Source of the DNA: an uncultured Erysipelotrichaceae bacterium
Lineage (GTDB): Bacteria; Bacillota_I; Bacilli_A; RF39; UBA660
NCBI GenBank assembly: GCA_902789425.1
Contig: CADANX010000002.1
Location: 31,066-95,065, forward strand
Direction of reading: 5' to 3'
Length of the DNA stretch: 64,000 nucleotides
The translations under genes were made by a program, and so were the position numbers. Of the stretch, positions 10,222 to 20,913 are shown piece by piece. The notes under the pieces are model-generated. The model did no database searches. It saw nothing but the letters and a program-made list of their open reading frames with translations, and was not told where the DNA came from. Position 1 is the stretch's first letter. Every line of letters starts with the position of its first letter.

Positions 10222-11628
10222 ATGAAAAAAACAAAAATAATAACTAGTTTAGGACCATCAAGTTATAATGAAAAAACATTTACTGAGATGGTTAAAAATG
10301 GAGCTAACGTAGCACGTATTAATTTCTCACACGTTACACCAGAAGAAAAGAAATTAGATTTAGATGCTATTCATGCTGCTAGAAAAAATACAGGATGTCC
10401 TATAGCTATTTTATATGATACAAAAGGACCTGAATTCAGAAATGGTGTATTTGAAGGTGATGAAGTTGTACTTGAAGAAGGTAAAACAATCAGAATAGTT
10501 AAAGATGAAGTTATCGGAAATAAAGAAAGATTTTCTGTTAATCATCCAAGTGCTATTTCAAGTTTAAAAGTAGGTACTGAAGTATTTTTACTTAATGGTC
10601 TTATGAAACTTGTAGTTACATCTGTTGAAGATGATGGTGTTACTTGTAAAATAGTAAATGGTGGTGTACTTGGAAATAAAAAGAGTATGAGTGTTCCAGG
10701 TATTCAACTTAATATTCCATTTATTTCAGAAGCTGATAGAGAAGATATTATCTATGCTTGTGAACATGAAGGAGATTATCTTGCACTTTCATTTGTTGGT
10801 TCAAGAGAAGATGTTCTTGAAGCAAGAAAAATATTAAAAGATCATAATAGAGAAGATATGAAGATTATTGCTAAAATTGAAAGTTTAACAGGTATTAATA
10901 ATCTTGATTCAATTTTAGAAGTATCTGATGGTGTAATGGTAGCAAGAGGAGATTTAGGAGCTGAAGTTCCAATGAGCATGCTTCCAGTATATCAAAAAGA
11001 AATAATTAAATGTGCTAGAAAACATGGTAAAATTGCCGTTGTTGCAACTGAAATGCTTGAAAGTATGATGAAAAATTCAAGACCAACAAGAGCAGAAGTA
11101 TCTGACGTGTCAGCAGCTGTATATGATGGAGCTGATGCAGTAATGCTTTCTGGTGAAACTACTATGGGTGATCATCCAGTAGAAGTTGTTAAATATATGG
11201 CTGAAATTTGTGAAACTGCTGAACAATTTTATGATTATGATAAAAAATTCGAACATGATAAAATTAGCGGTGTTTCAGAATTAGTTGCACAAGGTGTTGT
11301 AGAATGTGCTAAAGCTGAAGATGTTAAAGTAATTGTTGCTCATTCAATTTCAGGTAATACTGCAAGAAGAATTAGTAATTTAAAACCAACTTGTCCAATA
11401 CTTGCAACATGTGATAATGAAGAACTTGCTAGAGGATTATGTTTAAATTATGGTGTTTATTCTTCAATAGTTAAATATACTGATGATATGGATGAAATAG
11501 TTGCTGCGTCTAAAAAAGCTGCATGTGAAAAATTTGATTTAAAAGAAAAAGATGAAGTTATTATAACTGCTGGATTAAACAACAAGGAAAAGCCAGTTAC
11601 TAACTTTATGAAAATAGAAGAAATTTAA
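10222..11628 (+). CDS. pyk: pyruvate kinase
   Basis: MKKTKIITSLGPSS, MVARGDLG and a length of 468 aa. Confidence 0.95.
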   Translation: MKKTKIITSLGPSSYNEKTFTEMVKNGANVARINFSHVTPEEKKLDLDAIHAARKNTGCPIAILYDTKGPEFRNGVFEGDEVVLEEGKTIRIVKDEVIGNKERFSVNHPSAISSLKVGTEVFLLNGLMKLVVTSVEDDGVTCKIVNGGVLGNKKSMSVPGIQLNIPFISEADREDIIYACEHEGDYLALSFVGSREDVLEARKILKDHNREDMKIIAKIESLTGINNLDSILEVSDGVMVARGDLGAEVPMSMLPVYQKEIIKCARKHGKIAVVATEMLESMMKNSRPTRAEVSDVSAAVYDGADAVMLSGETTMGDHPVEVVKYMAEICETAEQFYDYDKKFEHDKISGVSELVAQGVVECAKAEDVKVIVAHSISGNTARRISNLKPTCPILATCDNEELARGLCLNYGVYSSIVKYTDDMDEIVAASKKAACEKFDLKEKDEVIITAGLNNKEKPVTNFMKIEEI

Positions 11629-11645
11629 TTTCTTCTTTTTTATTT
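11616..11645 (+). terminator. terminator after pyk (stop codon in the loop)
   Basis: AGAAGAAATT taa AATTTCTTCT followed by a T run. Confidence 0.6.
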
Positions 11646-11680
11646 ACCTTTTTTATAAAATATGGTAGTATATCTAACTG

Positions 11681-12208
11681 TTAGTAATAGTTTTTAAAAC
11701 CTATTTTTTTATGCATTTTATCTATAAATAATTCATTTTTAATTGGATAATATGTAAATAGTGAAAACGTTATAAATAATATAATTAAAAATATAAAATT
11801 ATATTTATTTAAAAAAGTATATTCTTTATTATTAGTAAGTACTTTATAACTAATTATTTGAGTAATTATTATAGATATAAGATAAATAATTAGAGTTATA
11901 AGTAAATTGTGCTTAAAGTTAAAATAAATAGGTAAATACATTATTAAAAAAATAGTAATATTAACTATTATCTGAATAATTTTATTACTTTTTATATTAT
12001 TATAATTGTTTTTTAGATATTTATTTTCTATAAAGAAATATATTAAGTAAGTAGAAAAAATCATTTTCATATGTTCTATAATAGATTCATTAATAGGAAA
12101 GAATAAAGATGAAATAAAATTAGGACATATATCATATATATAATGAGTAAAAAATGATAGATTAAATAGTATAAAAACAGATAAGATTTTAAAACTTTTT
12201 AGATTCAT
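11681..12208 (-). CDS. hypothetical polytopic membrane protein (175 aa)
   Basis: Four or five hydrophobic segments. No motif recognised. Confidence 0.45.
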   Translation of the reverse strand: MNLKSFKILSVFILFNLSFFTHYIYDICPNFISSLFFPINESIIEHMKMIFSTYLIYFFIENKYLKNNYNNIKSNKIIQIIVNITIFLIMYLPIYFNFKHNLLITLIIYLISIIITQIISYKVLTNNKEYTFLNKYNFIFLIILFITFSLFTYYPIKNELFIDKMHKKIGFKNYY

Positions 12209-12333
12209 ATTAATATCCTTTCTATTAAATATATGATAAAAAGCGTATAATATGTGTAAAATAAATAAAAAAATAAAAAAATATAGGGGATTTATTATAT
12301 TTATTGCGTATAAAATGTTTGGAGTGGTTTTTT

Positions 12334-14085
12334 ATGTCAAAAGTTTCTTATGAAGAAATATTAAGTATTCAAAGAAAAGTAAACATCGTTGATATAGTAA
12401 GTGATTATGTTAAACTAACACAAAAGGGTAGAAACTATTTTGGTGTTTGTCCATTTCATGATGATCATAATCCATCTATGAGTGTGTCTACCGATAAGCA
12501 AATGTTTAAATGCTTTGTATGTGGTGTTAGTGGTAATGTTTTTAACTTTGTTATGAATTATCATAATGATGTACTTGGTGAAGATATTAATTACTATGAA
12601 GCAGTTAAAAAAGTTGCAGATAAAATTGGTGTTAGCATCGATATTGCATCGAAAAAAGACGTAAAAATAAAAAGCCCTTTATATGACATATATGAACTTA
12701 GTGTTATGTTTTATCAAAATTATTTAAATACGGGTTCTGGTAAAATAGCTAAGAAATATTTAAATGAAAGAAAAATTGACGAAGATGTAATAAAGACTTT
12801 TCAAATAGGTCTTAGTACTAATAATAATGAACTTTCAAAATTGTTAAAAGAAAAGAATTATTCAGAAAATGATATTATATCATCTGGAATATCAATTAGT
12901 AAGAATAACGAACTAATAGATATATATCATAATAGAATAATGTTTCCTTTATATGATTTAAATGGTTCACCAGTTGGTTTTTCTGGAAGAATTTATGATG
13001 GATCATCTGATAGTAAATACGTTAATACAAAAGAAACAGATATATTTAAAAAAGGTAATTTACTTTATAATTATCATAATGCAAACGTATATGCAAGAAA
13101 ACAAAAAGAAATAATTGTTGTTGAAGGTTTTATGGATGTTATAAGACTTTATACAATTGGTGTTAAAAATGTAATAGCAACTATGGGTACCGCAGTAACA
13201 AAAACACAAGCAAGTTTAATGAAGAGATTATCTTATAATATTATTTTAATGTTTGATGGAGATGAAGCTGGTTCAAAAGCAACAATGTCCGCGATCGAAG
13301 AACTTAAAGATATGGATGTTAATATTAAGATAGTTAGACTTGAAGATAATTTAGATCCAGATGAATATATATTAACTAAAGGAAAAGATAAAATGCTATA
13401 TCATTTATCTCATCCAACATCACTTTTATCATATAAGATGGAAAAATATAAAGAAGGTCTTGATTTTAATGAAAGTGAAGATATTTCTAAATATATTAAT
13501 TTAATAAAAAGTGAACTTGAAAAAATAGATGATGATATAGTAAGAGATCTTGAAATAAAAAAAGTAAGTAAATTTACTGGTGTTAGTGAAGAAATCATAA
13601 ATTCAAAACTTGACATTAAAAATAAAGATGTTAAAATAGTAAAGTCGCTTAAAGAGGACAAGACAAAACTTGATAAATATCAAAAAGCATCTAAGTATAT
13701 ATTGTTTTATATGATTAGGCATAATAATTTAATTGACTATTACTATAATAATCTATCATTTTTACCAAATACGGTAGATAGAGCTCTTGCAAATGAAATA
13801 GTACTTTTCTATAAGAAATATAATAGTTTCAATTTTAATGATTTTATAGTCTATTTAAAAGATAAAAAAGAACTTATTAAAAGAGCTGTTTATATTAATG
13901 ATTTAAATTATAAAGATGAATATTTAATGGAAGATATAGATAGTTATTTTAAAGTTATTAAAGAGTTTTTAAATGAATTAAAGATAAATAAACTAAAAAA
14001 TGAATTAAAGAATGAAAAAAATGAAATAATAAGAAAAGAAATTGCTAGAAAAATAGTTTCAATTAAAATGAAGGAGAATAAGTAG
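12334..14085 (+). CDS. dnaG: DNA primase
   Basis: Zinc ribbon [13 protein letters not shown]...CFVCG and a TOPRIM domain (EGFMDV...DGDEAG). A GGAGTGG RBS supports the start at 12334. Confidence 0.9.
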   Translation: MSKVSYEEILSIQRKVNIVDIVSDYVKLTQKGRNYFGVCPFHDDHNPSMSVSTDKQMFKCFVCGVSGNVFNFVMNYHNDVLGEDINYYEAVKKVADKIGVSIDIASKKDVKIKSPLYDIYELSVMFYQNYLNTGSGKIAKKYLNERKIDEDVIKTFQIGLSTNNNELSKLLKEKNYSENDIISSGISISKNNELIDIYHNRIMFPLYDLNGSPVGFSGRIYDGSSDSKYVNTKETDIFKKGNLLYNYHNANVYARKQKEIIVVEGFMDVIRLYTIGVKNVIATMGTAVTKTQASLMKRLSYNIILMFDGDEAGSKATMSAIEELKDMDVNIKIVRLEDNLDPDEYILTKGKDKMLYHLSHPTSLLSYKMEKYKEGLDFNESEDISKYINLIKSELEKIDDDIVRDLEIKKVSKFTGVSEEIINSKLDIKNKDVKIVKSLKEDKTKLDKYQKASKYILFYMIRHNNLIDYYYNNLSFLPNTVDRALANEIVLFYKKYNSFNFNDFIVYLKDKKELIKRAVYINDLNYKDEYLMEDIDSYFKVIKEFLNELKINKLKNELKNEKNEIIRKEIARKIVSIKMKENK

Positions 14086-14087
14086 TT

Positions 14088-15254
14088 ATGGGAAGAAAAC
14101 CTAAGGAAGTAAAAGAAGAAAATGTAGTTCAAGAAGAACTTGATTTAGGTATGGAAGATGTTGCTTTAGAAGATACTAAAGATATTAAAACATTAGATGA
14201 AAGAAAAAAAGATTTATTAAAAATAGGAAAAGAAGATGGATTTTTAACATTTGAACAATTAGCAAATGCTTTAAAAGGTCTTGAAATGGACGCTGAAAGT
14301 CTAGATGATTTATATAATTTCTTAAATGAAAATCAAATAGAAGTAGTTGCTGAATCTGAAGAAGATGCTGATGAAGATCCAACTGATTTAATTTTAGAAG
14401 AAGATATTTTACCAAAAAATTTAAGTATTAATGATCCTGTTAGAATGTATTTAAAAGAAATAGGTAAGATTTCACTTTTATCACTTGATGAAGAATTAGA
14501 ATTATCTAAAAGAATAGATGAAGGTGATGAAGAAGCAAAAGCTAAACTTGCTGAATCAAACTTACGTCTTGTTGTTTCTATTGCAAAAAGATATGTTGGT
14601 AGAAATTTAGGATTCCTTGATTTAATTCAAGAAGGTAATATTGGTCTTATGAAAGCTGTAGATAAATTTGATTCATCAAAAGGATATAAGTTTTCAACTT
14701 ATGCAACTTGGTGGATTCGTCAAGCAATCACAAGAGCTATTGCTGATCAAGCAAAAACAATAAGAGTACCAGTTCATATGGTAGAAACAATTAATAAATT
14801 AAAGAGAATTCAAAGACAATTAACACTTGAACTTAATAGAGAACCTACTGAAGAAGAATTAAGTAAGAAAATGGGAATTCCAGAAGATAAAGTTAGAGAA
14901 ATAATTAAAATAAGTATGGATCCACTTTCACTTGAAACACCAATAGGTGAAGAAGAAGATTCACATTTAGGTGACTTTGTACAAGATAAAACAAGTTTAA
15001 GTCCAGAAGAATATGCTATTAACGAAGTATTAAAAGATGAAATAGCTGAAGTATTACTTACTTTAACTGAAAGAGAAGAGCAAGTATTAAAATTAAGATT
15101 TGGTCTTGAAGATGGTACTTGTCGTACACTGGAAGAAGTAGGAACAATATTTGGTGTAACAAGAGAAAGAATAAGACAAATCGAAGCTAAAGCTTTAAGA
15201 AAACTTCGTCATCCATCAAGAAGTAAAAAGTTAAAGGATTATCTTATAGATTAA
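14088..15254 (+). CDS. sigA: RNA polymerase primary sigma factor SigA/RpoD
   Basis: Acidic region 1, then [17 protein letters not shown] (region 2.4) and the [23 protein letters not shown] region 4 motif. Confidence 0.95.
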   Translation: MGRKPKEVKEENVVQEELDLGMEDVALEDTKDIKTLDERKKDLLKIGKEDGFLTFEQLANALKGLEMDAESLDDLYNFLNENQIEVVAESEEDADEDPTDLILEEDILPKNLSINDPVRMYLKEIGKISLLSLDEELELSKRIDEGDEEAKAKLAESNLRLVVSIAKRYVGRNLGFLDLIQEGNIGLMKAVDKFDSSKGYKFSTYATWWIRQAITRAIADQAKTIRVPVHMVETINKLKRIQRQLTLELNREPTEEELSKKMGIPEDKVREIIKISMDPLSLETPIGEEEDSHLGDFVQDKTSLSPEEYAINEVLKDEIAEVLLTLTEREEQVLKLRFGLEDGTCRTLEEVGTIFGVTRERIRQIEAKALRKLRHPSRSKKLKDYLID

Positions 15255-15919
15255 TGAGACTTTCTAGTAGATTAAAACAAATTGCTGATTTTATTAATGA
15301 TGAAGAAAAAATTATTGATATTGGATGTGATCATGCTCTTTTAGATATTTATTTATATGAAAATAGAAAAAAGATGAAGATTATTGCATCTGATATTCAT
15401 GAGAAAGCACTAAATCAAGCAAAAGTAAATATAGAAAAGTATAATCTTCAAGATAAGATTAAACTTCGTCTAGGTGATGGACTAGATGTACTTAAGAAAA
15501 ATGAAGTAAATACAGTAATTCTTTCTGGTATGGGATTTTTAACTATAACTAAAATACTTGAAAATGAAAAATTAGAGGGTATTAATAATATAGTTATTCA
15601 ATCAAATACTGATGTTGTTAAATTAAGAAAACATGTTATTAAATTAGGATTTTGTATTGAAAAAGAAGCTTTAGTAAAAGACAAAGATATAATTTATACA
15701 GTAATAAGATTCACAAGAGGAAATGAAAAATATTCATATGATGAAATATATTTTGGTCCAAAGATTCTTGAAAATAAAGATGAACTATTTTATGAATATT
15801 ACAACAAAAAGTTACTTAAATATGAAAATTTATTACTTCAATTACCAAAATATGAAATTAAGTCTATAATTCATCATAAAAGACTTATTAGAATATTAAA
15901 AAAAGAAGTTGCTAAATAA
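15254..15919 (+). CDS. trmK: tRNA (adenine22-N1)-methyltransferase TrmK (YqfN)
   Basis: N-terminus RLKQIADFI..IDIGCDHALL, and conserved dnaG-sigA-trmK synteny. The start overlaps the sigA stop codon. Confidence 0.8.
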   Translation: MRLSSRLKQIADFINDEEKIIDIGCDHALLDIYLYENRKKMKIIASDIHEKALNQAKVNIEKYNLQDKIKLRLGDGLDVLKKNEVNTVILSGMGFLTITKILENEKLEGINNIVIQSNTDVVKLRKHVIKLGFCIEKEALVKDKDIIYTVIRFTRGNEKYSYDEIYFGPKILENKDELFYEYYNKKLLKYENLLLQLPKYEIKSIIHHKRLIRILKKEVAK

Positions 15920-15929
15920 TGCAACTTTT

Positions 15930-16217
15930 TTATATGAAAAAATTTGGGTTATTACTATTTACTTCTTTTATATTATTATAATTAATGTCGTTATAATTAC
16001 TTACACTACTATTTGTATTATTAAACTCTTTAGCTACTTTAAAAAAAGTTTTTGCATTTTTAAATAAAGGTTTAACTTGATATACAATTGGTATTGCTTG
16101 ATTAACTATATTTAATGTTTTTTGTGTACCTGATAATATACTTGAAAAACTAAGACCTTTTAATAAAGATGAACCAGAACTAATTGGGCCAATATATGGT
16201 CCATATGGATTAAACAT
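15930..16217 (-). CDS. hypothetical small protein (95 aa)
   Basis: AGGAGG RBS 8 nt upstream of the ATG. Ser/Asn-rich. Confidence 0.45.
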   Translation of the reverse strand: MFNPYGPYIGPISSGSSLLKGLSFSSILSGTQKTLNIVNQAIPIVYQVKPLFKNAKTFFKVAKEFNNTNSSVSNYNDINYNNIKEVNSNNPNFFI

Positions 16218-16309
16218 AAATATTCCTCCTAAAATAGTATATGTTAAAAATTTAAATTGTTTAAATATAAAAAAAGTGATATAATTATATAAAAATAAAG
16301 AGGGATAAG

Positions 16310-17101
16310 ATGAATATAGTAATTAATATAATAATTTTTGTTTGTTGTATGACTATTGGTAATATTCTTAATTACTTTGGTAATAAATTATCAAGTATAA
16401 AGGGGTATAAGTATTCTGATTGTGATTATTGTCATAAAAATAATATAATATTTTTTCCTTTAACAAGATTTATCCTTAATAAAGGAAGATGTAATCATTG
16501 TAATAATAAATATAAATTACTTCCTATATTTACTGAATTAGTTGTTCCTTTTTTATTCTATATTGCTTTTAATAATGTAAAAAATGATCCTATATATATA
16601 TATTTATTATTTAGTTTATGTTTTATTTCATCTCTTGTTATAGTATTTGTTTCTGATATTAAAAATATGATAATACCAGATGAAGTTTTATTACTATTTG
16701 GCTTTGTATTAGTATGTATAAAACTATATATGCTTTATTATAACGAAACAATTAATACTTTACTTGATTTAGGTTATGAAATAATATTTATGCTTTATGA
16801 AGGTTTATTTATGTTTCTAATTATGTATGTAATTAAAAAAACAGGTGATTTTCTATTTAAAAAAGATTCAATGGGTGGCGGAGATGTTAAGCTTATGTTT
16901 TTTATTTCTATGTTTATGGGATGGAAGATATCTTTATGTATATTATTTTTCTCAGCATTTTTAGCACTTCCAGAATCAGCAATAAATATGTATAGAAATA
17001 AAAATAACATGTTAGCATTTGGTCCTTATATAGTTATAGCAACACTTATTATTTATTTAGCTAATATTGACATTAATATGATATTAGGATATTTAATATA
17101 A
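16310..17101 (+). CDS. type IV prepilin peptidase (A24 family)
   Basis: N-terminal CxxC...CxxC zinc motif, a GGGDVKL catalytic Asp motif and 7-8 TM segments. Confidence 0.8.
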   Translation: MNIVINIIIFVCCMTIGNILNYFGNKLSSIKGYKYSDCDYCHKNNIIFFPLTRFILNKGRCNHCNNKYKLLPIFTELVVPFLFYIAFNNVKNDPIYIYLLFSLCFISSLVIVFVSDIKNMIIPDEVLLLFGFVLVCIKLYMLYYNETINTLLDLGYEIIFMLYEGLFMFLIMYVIKKTGDFLFKKDSMGGGDVKLMFFISMFMGWKISLCILFFSAFLALPESAINMYRNKNNMLAFGPYIVIATLIIYLANIDINMILGYLI

Positions 17102-17951
17102 AATATATTATTACTGAGATTATGATATTTATTATTCTATATAATAAATATTTTTTATACTTTATTTTTTCATTTATACTAATTAACTGCATATGAATAG
17201 AAAAACTATTAAACGATATAAAAAATGTAATAATTAATCCTTTTAAAAACAATGAAATATTACTATAACTAATTAAATATATTCCTGAAGAAAATTCTAA
17301 TAGTCCGCATATTATATTATTTATAAGTTTATTTTTAATTATATTATTTAGTAAACTTATTAAAATAGAAAAGAATAAAATATTTGAAAATATATTACTT
17401 AAAGTAATTATTGTTTCCTTTAAAGAAGAAAAATATATATCATTATGTACATTTTCTTCTTTTTTTGTCTTATAATTATTGTTTTTATTTCTAACTAAAT
17501 AACCAATTAATAAATTAGATAATAACAAGGATAAATATATAGTAAGAGATGTTTTAAAATTCTTTAAATATACTTTATTTACTGTAGTAAAAAAATAAAT
17601 AGGTGAAACAAAACTTGTATAAATTATTATGTTATTTATATTTTTATTATTTATTAATAACTTAGAATTAATTGGAAAACCACCAAATATAGATAAAAGT
17701 ATAATTGTTACTTCTTCATAGTTAATATTAAGTATTTTAGAAAAAAATTTTAAAAGAAATTTTGGTATGTATTTATAAAACTCAAGTTTTAATAATATAT
17801 TTGTAAAAAGCACCGAAAAAAACATTGATGGCATTAAAGTATAAATAATTATATTTAAATTATTTTTAAAAGAATTTATTACGTCAATAGAATTAAATAG
17901 TAAATAAACTTCTAAAAAAACATAAAAAATAATAAGAATTTTCTTTTTCAT
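17073..17951 (-). CDS. hypothetical polytopic membrane protein (292 aa)
   Basis: Eight or more hydrophobic segments. No motif recognised. Confidence 0.45.
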   Translation of the reverse strand: MKKKILIIFYVFLEVYLLFNSIDVINSFKNNLNIIIYTLMPSMFFSVLFTNILLKLEFYKYIPKFLLKFFSKILNINYEEVTIILLSIFGGFPINSKLLINNKNINNIIIYTSFVSPIYFFTTVNKVYLKNFKTSLTIYLSLLLSNLLIGYLVRNKNNNYKTKKEENVHNDIYFSSLKETIITLSNIFSNILFFSILISLLNNIIKNKLINNIICGLLEFSSGIYLISYSNISLFLKGLIITFFISFNSFSIHMQLISINEKIKYKKYLLYRIINIIISVIIYFILNILISY

Positions 17952-18008
17952 AATGTATTATATTTACCAAGTTCTTCTTATATGATAAAATCTATTTGTG
18001 AGGTTATT

Positions 18009-18908
18009 ATGTTTGATAGAGATAAATACGTAAAAATTAATGAATCAATTATTTATACACCAAAAATTAAAGAAGACAAGAAACTATTAATTATGAGCGA
18101 TACTCATATTCATAATAATTCAAATTTAAAAAGTATGGATGAATTTTTACAAATAATTGATAAAGAAAATCCGGATTATATATTTTTAGTGGGGGATATT
18201 GTTGATTCACCAAGAATTCTTAATGAAAACGAAAAAGTTGTAACAAGTTTTATTACATCACTTTCAAGTATTGCAAAAACATATATTACATTAGGTAATC
18301 ATGAACTTGATGATAATAATTATTTTAATATTCAAGCGTTAATAGATTATTTTGAAAAAATAAATAAACTTAGATATATAAATGTACTTGATAATAAAAC
18401 AAAAATAGAAGGTGATTTATTATTAACAGGTTTTACTCAAGAACTTGATATTTATACTAATAATAAATTACATGAAGATCATGAGTTATTTAGAGACAGC
18501 TTTTTAAGTAGAAATTTTAAAAATAAAGAAAACAAATACAATATATTACTAACACATTCTCCAGAATCAATAATAAAGAATTTGGATATATTAAGTAAAT
18601 ATGATTTATTTTTAACAGGTCATTATCATAATGGTTTGACACCTGCATTATTTGATGGATTATTTCAAAATAAAGGTTTTATTTCACCAAAATTAAAAAT
18701 TTTTCCTGAATATGCAAAGGGATTAATTAATCTTAATGATTCATATCTTTTAATAACAGGTGGAGTTAATAAATTTGGTGTTTCTGTTAATAAGTATTTA
18801 AAATATCTAAATAAGTTTTATTATAAACAATTTGATATAGTTAATTTAACAAATGATGAGGAAAAGAATAATACGCAAAATAAATATGTTAAGAAATTAA
18901 AGTTATAA
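18009..18908 (+). CDS. calcineurin-like metallophosphoesterase
   Basis: LIMSDTH, GDIVD and GNHE motifs. The start is supported by a GTGAGGT RBS. Confidence 0.7.
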   Translation: MFDRDKYVKINESIIYTPKIKEDKKLLIMSDTHIHNNSNLKSMDEFLQIIDKENPDYIFLVGDIVDSPRILNENEKVVTSFITSLSSIAKTYITLGNHELDDNNYFNIQALIDYFEKINKLRYINVLDNKTKIEGDLLLTGFTQELDIYTNNKLHEDHELFRDSFLSRNFKNKENKYNILLTHSPESIIKNLDILSKYDLFLTGHYHNGLTPALFDGLFQNKGFISPKLKIFPEYAKGLINLNDSYLLITGGVNKFGVSVNKYLKYLNKFYYKQFDIVNLTNDEEKNNTQNKYVKKLKL

Positions 18909-18973
18909 GAAATTATAACTTTTTTTCGTCATTTTTTTTATATTTAATCTTTTATAATAAATATGGTGATAAT

Positions 18974-19141
18974 ATGAAAGTAAAAATATTTGATGAAGAA
19001 CATGAAGAAGATTTAGAGGATAAAATAAATGATTTTATAGAGGATAAAAAGAATATTATTGATATTAAGTTTCAGGTAAGTACAACTATGTTTTCAAATG
19101 AACAAATATATTGTTTTTCAGCACTTATTATGTACAAATAA
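18974..19141 (+). CDS. small sporulation protein, Cse60 (YteV)-like, 55 aa
   Basis: MKVKIFDEEHEEDLEDKINDF...IDIKFQV...YCFSALIMYK matches the Cse60 pattern as remembered. A GGTGA RBS is present. It is not in the ORF track because of its length. Confidence 0.5.
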   Translation: MKVKIFDEEHEEDLEDKINDFIEDKKNIIDIKFQVSTTMFSNEQIYCFSALIMYK

Positions 19142-19162
19142 AAAAAGTACTAAGTACTTTTT
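19142..19162. terminator. bidirectional terminator
   Basis: Perfect palindrome AAAAAGTAC taa GTACTTTTT between convergent genes. Confidence 0.55.
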
Positions 19163-19403
19163 ACATTATATTAAGTGAACTTTGATAAGTATAACCATTA
19201 GTATTATCTATTGCTTTTGGATACATATTATTTTCTAATTTAGAAACTCTGTTTTCTAGATTACTTATTCTTTTTTCTATGTTATTTTGACATGAGTTAT
19301 TATCCATAGTTATTGGCATCATAGGCATTCCCATATACGGAAAAGATGCCATGTTATAAGACATAAATCCATCTCTATCATTTTGCATTATTTTATTATT
19401 CAT
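19161..19403 (-). CDS. hypothetical Met-rich coiled-coil protein (80 aa), possible spore coat component
   Basis: AAGGAGGA RBS. It contains MGMPMMP and a heptad segment, NLENRVSKLENN. Confidence 0.45.
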   Translation of the reverse strand: MNNKIMQNDRDGFMSYNMASFPYMGMPMMPITMDNNSCQNNIEKRISNLENRVSKLENNMYPKAIDNTNGYTYQSSLNIM

Positions 19404-19509
19404 AATTACTCCTCCTTATTACTAATTTAATATATGATTATAGTTTATATTTTGTATAGGCTTTTGACTTAAAAAAGTATTTAATATATAATATTTATAG
19501 GTGAAAAAT

Positions 19510-20142
19510 ATGAGACTAAGAAATGTAAAAAATGCAAAAGAAATAATAGAAAATTCTAAATATATAGTACTTAATCCAAATGAATATAAAGGCTCTTGGA
19601 ATAAAGTATTCAACAATGATAATCCTATATATATTGAAATAGGAATTGGTAAAGGTGATTTTATTTTAAATAATGCTTTAAAGTATAAAAATATTAATTT
19701 TATTGGTATAGAAATGATGGATAGTGTTATTTCAAGAGCTATTCAAAAAATAGAAGAATATGATTTACCAAATTTAAAACTTATTAGAATGGATGCTAGA
19801 CTATTAAATGAAGTTCTTTATAAAGAAGTATCTTTAATATACTTAAATTTTTCTGATCCATGGCCAAAAAATAGAAATGCTAAAAGAAGACTTACTCATG
19901 AAAGATTTTTAAAAGTATATGATGATGTATTCAAAGATAAAAAAGTGATTTTTCAAAAAACTGATAATACAGGTCTTTTTGAGTTTTCAATTGAATCTTT
20001 AAGTGACTATGGTTATAAACTTAAAAATGTTTCTTTAGATCTTCATAATAGTGATTTTGAAGATAATATTATGACTGAGTATGAAAAAAAATTCTCATCA
20101 AAAGGTATTAAAATAAATAGATTAGAAGCATACAAAGATTAA
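19510..20142 (+). CDS. trmB: tRNA (guanine46-N7)-methyltransferase, divergent second copy
   Basis: Same motifs as copy 1 (IEIGIGKGDF, FSDPWPK), with about 40% identity to copy 1 by eye. AGGTGA RBS. Confidence 0.75.
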   Translation: MRLRNVKNAKEIIENSKYIVLNPNEYKGSWNKVFNNDNPIYIEIGIGKGDFILNNALKYKNINFIGIEMMDSVISRAIQKIEEYDLPNLKLIRMDARLLNEVLYKEVSLIYLNFSDPWPKNRNAKRRLTHERFLKVYDDVFKDKKVIFQKTDNTGLFEFSIESLSDYGYKLKNVSLDLHNSDFEDNIMTEYEKKFSSKGIKINRLEAYKD

Positions 20143-20220
20143 TTAGACAAAAAAATGATAAAAAATATTTAATTTATTATAAAATTTTGATATAATAATA
20201 TAAGATAAAGTAGGTGTAAT

Positions 20221-20901
20221 ATGAAATTACGTAGAATTGTTTTAGTAGCTATGTTACTATTACTTGTAACAGGTTGTAAAACTCAAAAACTTTATAGTAA
20301 TGATATAGATAAGAATATTGATATTATTTTAAATAGAGACACAAAATATGTTAATCATGACGCAATTGGATTTCAATATTATTTACCAAGCGAAGTAAAT
20401 GTATCTGAAGTAAAAGAATTTAATCATATACTTTATTCGAAAGGTAATAAATATTATTTATATGCTGATGTAGTAAGTTACTATCATAAAGTTAAGAATA
20501 AATATAAAATTAATAAAAAAGCTTATTATTCTAAAACACTTAGTAATAATAAAAAAATTGGTTATTTAGAAATTAATAAAGAAAATGGAAAATATTATGT
20601 CGAAATGATGTATAATTATGCAAAAATTGAGGCATTTGTAAAGAAAAATGAACTAAATGATACTATAATTAATATGTGTTATATATTATCAAGCGTAAGA
20701 TACAATGATGATGTAGTTGAAACAATGCTTGGAGATTCAAAATATGATTTAAGCGAAAATGAAAAATATAATATATTTAATACTAAAAAAGAAGAATCAT
20801 CAAGAACATTCCTTGACTATGTAAATGAATATGATAATTATGATGGCGAAGTTAAAAATCTTATTGAACAAGAAGAAATAGATACAAAAAAGGATAATTA
20901 A
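20221..20901 (+). CDS. lipoprotein, hypothetical
   Basis: Signal peptide with lipobox LLVTGC. Confidence 0.6.
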   Translation: MKLRRIVLVAMLLLLVTGCKTQKLYSNDIDKNIDIILNRDTKYVNHDAIGFQYYLPSEVNVSEVKEFNHILYSKGNKYYLYADVVSYYHKVKNKYKINKKAYYSKTLSNNKKIGYLEINKENGKYYVEMMYNYAKIEAFVKKNELNDTIINMCYILSSVRYNDDVVETMLGDSKYDLSENEKYNIFNTKKEESSRTFLDYVNEYDNYDGEVKNLIEQEEIDTKKDN

Positions 20902-20913
20902 TAGGAGGCAATT

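Noticed and set aside
12304-12333. N-terminal extensions of track ORFs (dnaG 12304, ftsK 32408, ftsZ 45238, trmB2 19501, 23415 ORF, 29158, 31860, 38000, 52184, 53694, rpsD 27192, spoVE 7120).
   Set aside because: Downstream in-frame starts have proper Shine-Dalgarno spacing and match known protein N-termini. The extensions read through RBSs or leader RNA.
15930-16217. The small protein next to the prepilin peptidase as a pilin.
   Set aside because: It has no class III signal peptide (G/FTLxE) or N-terminal hydrophobic helix.
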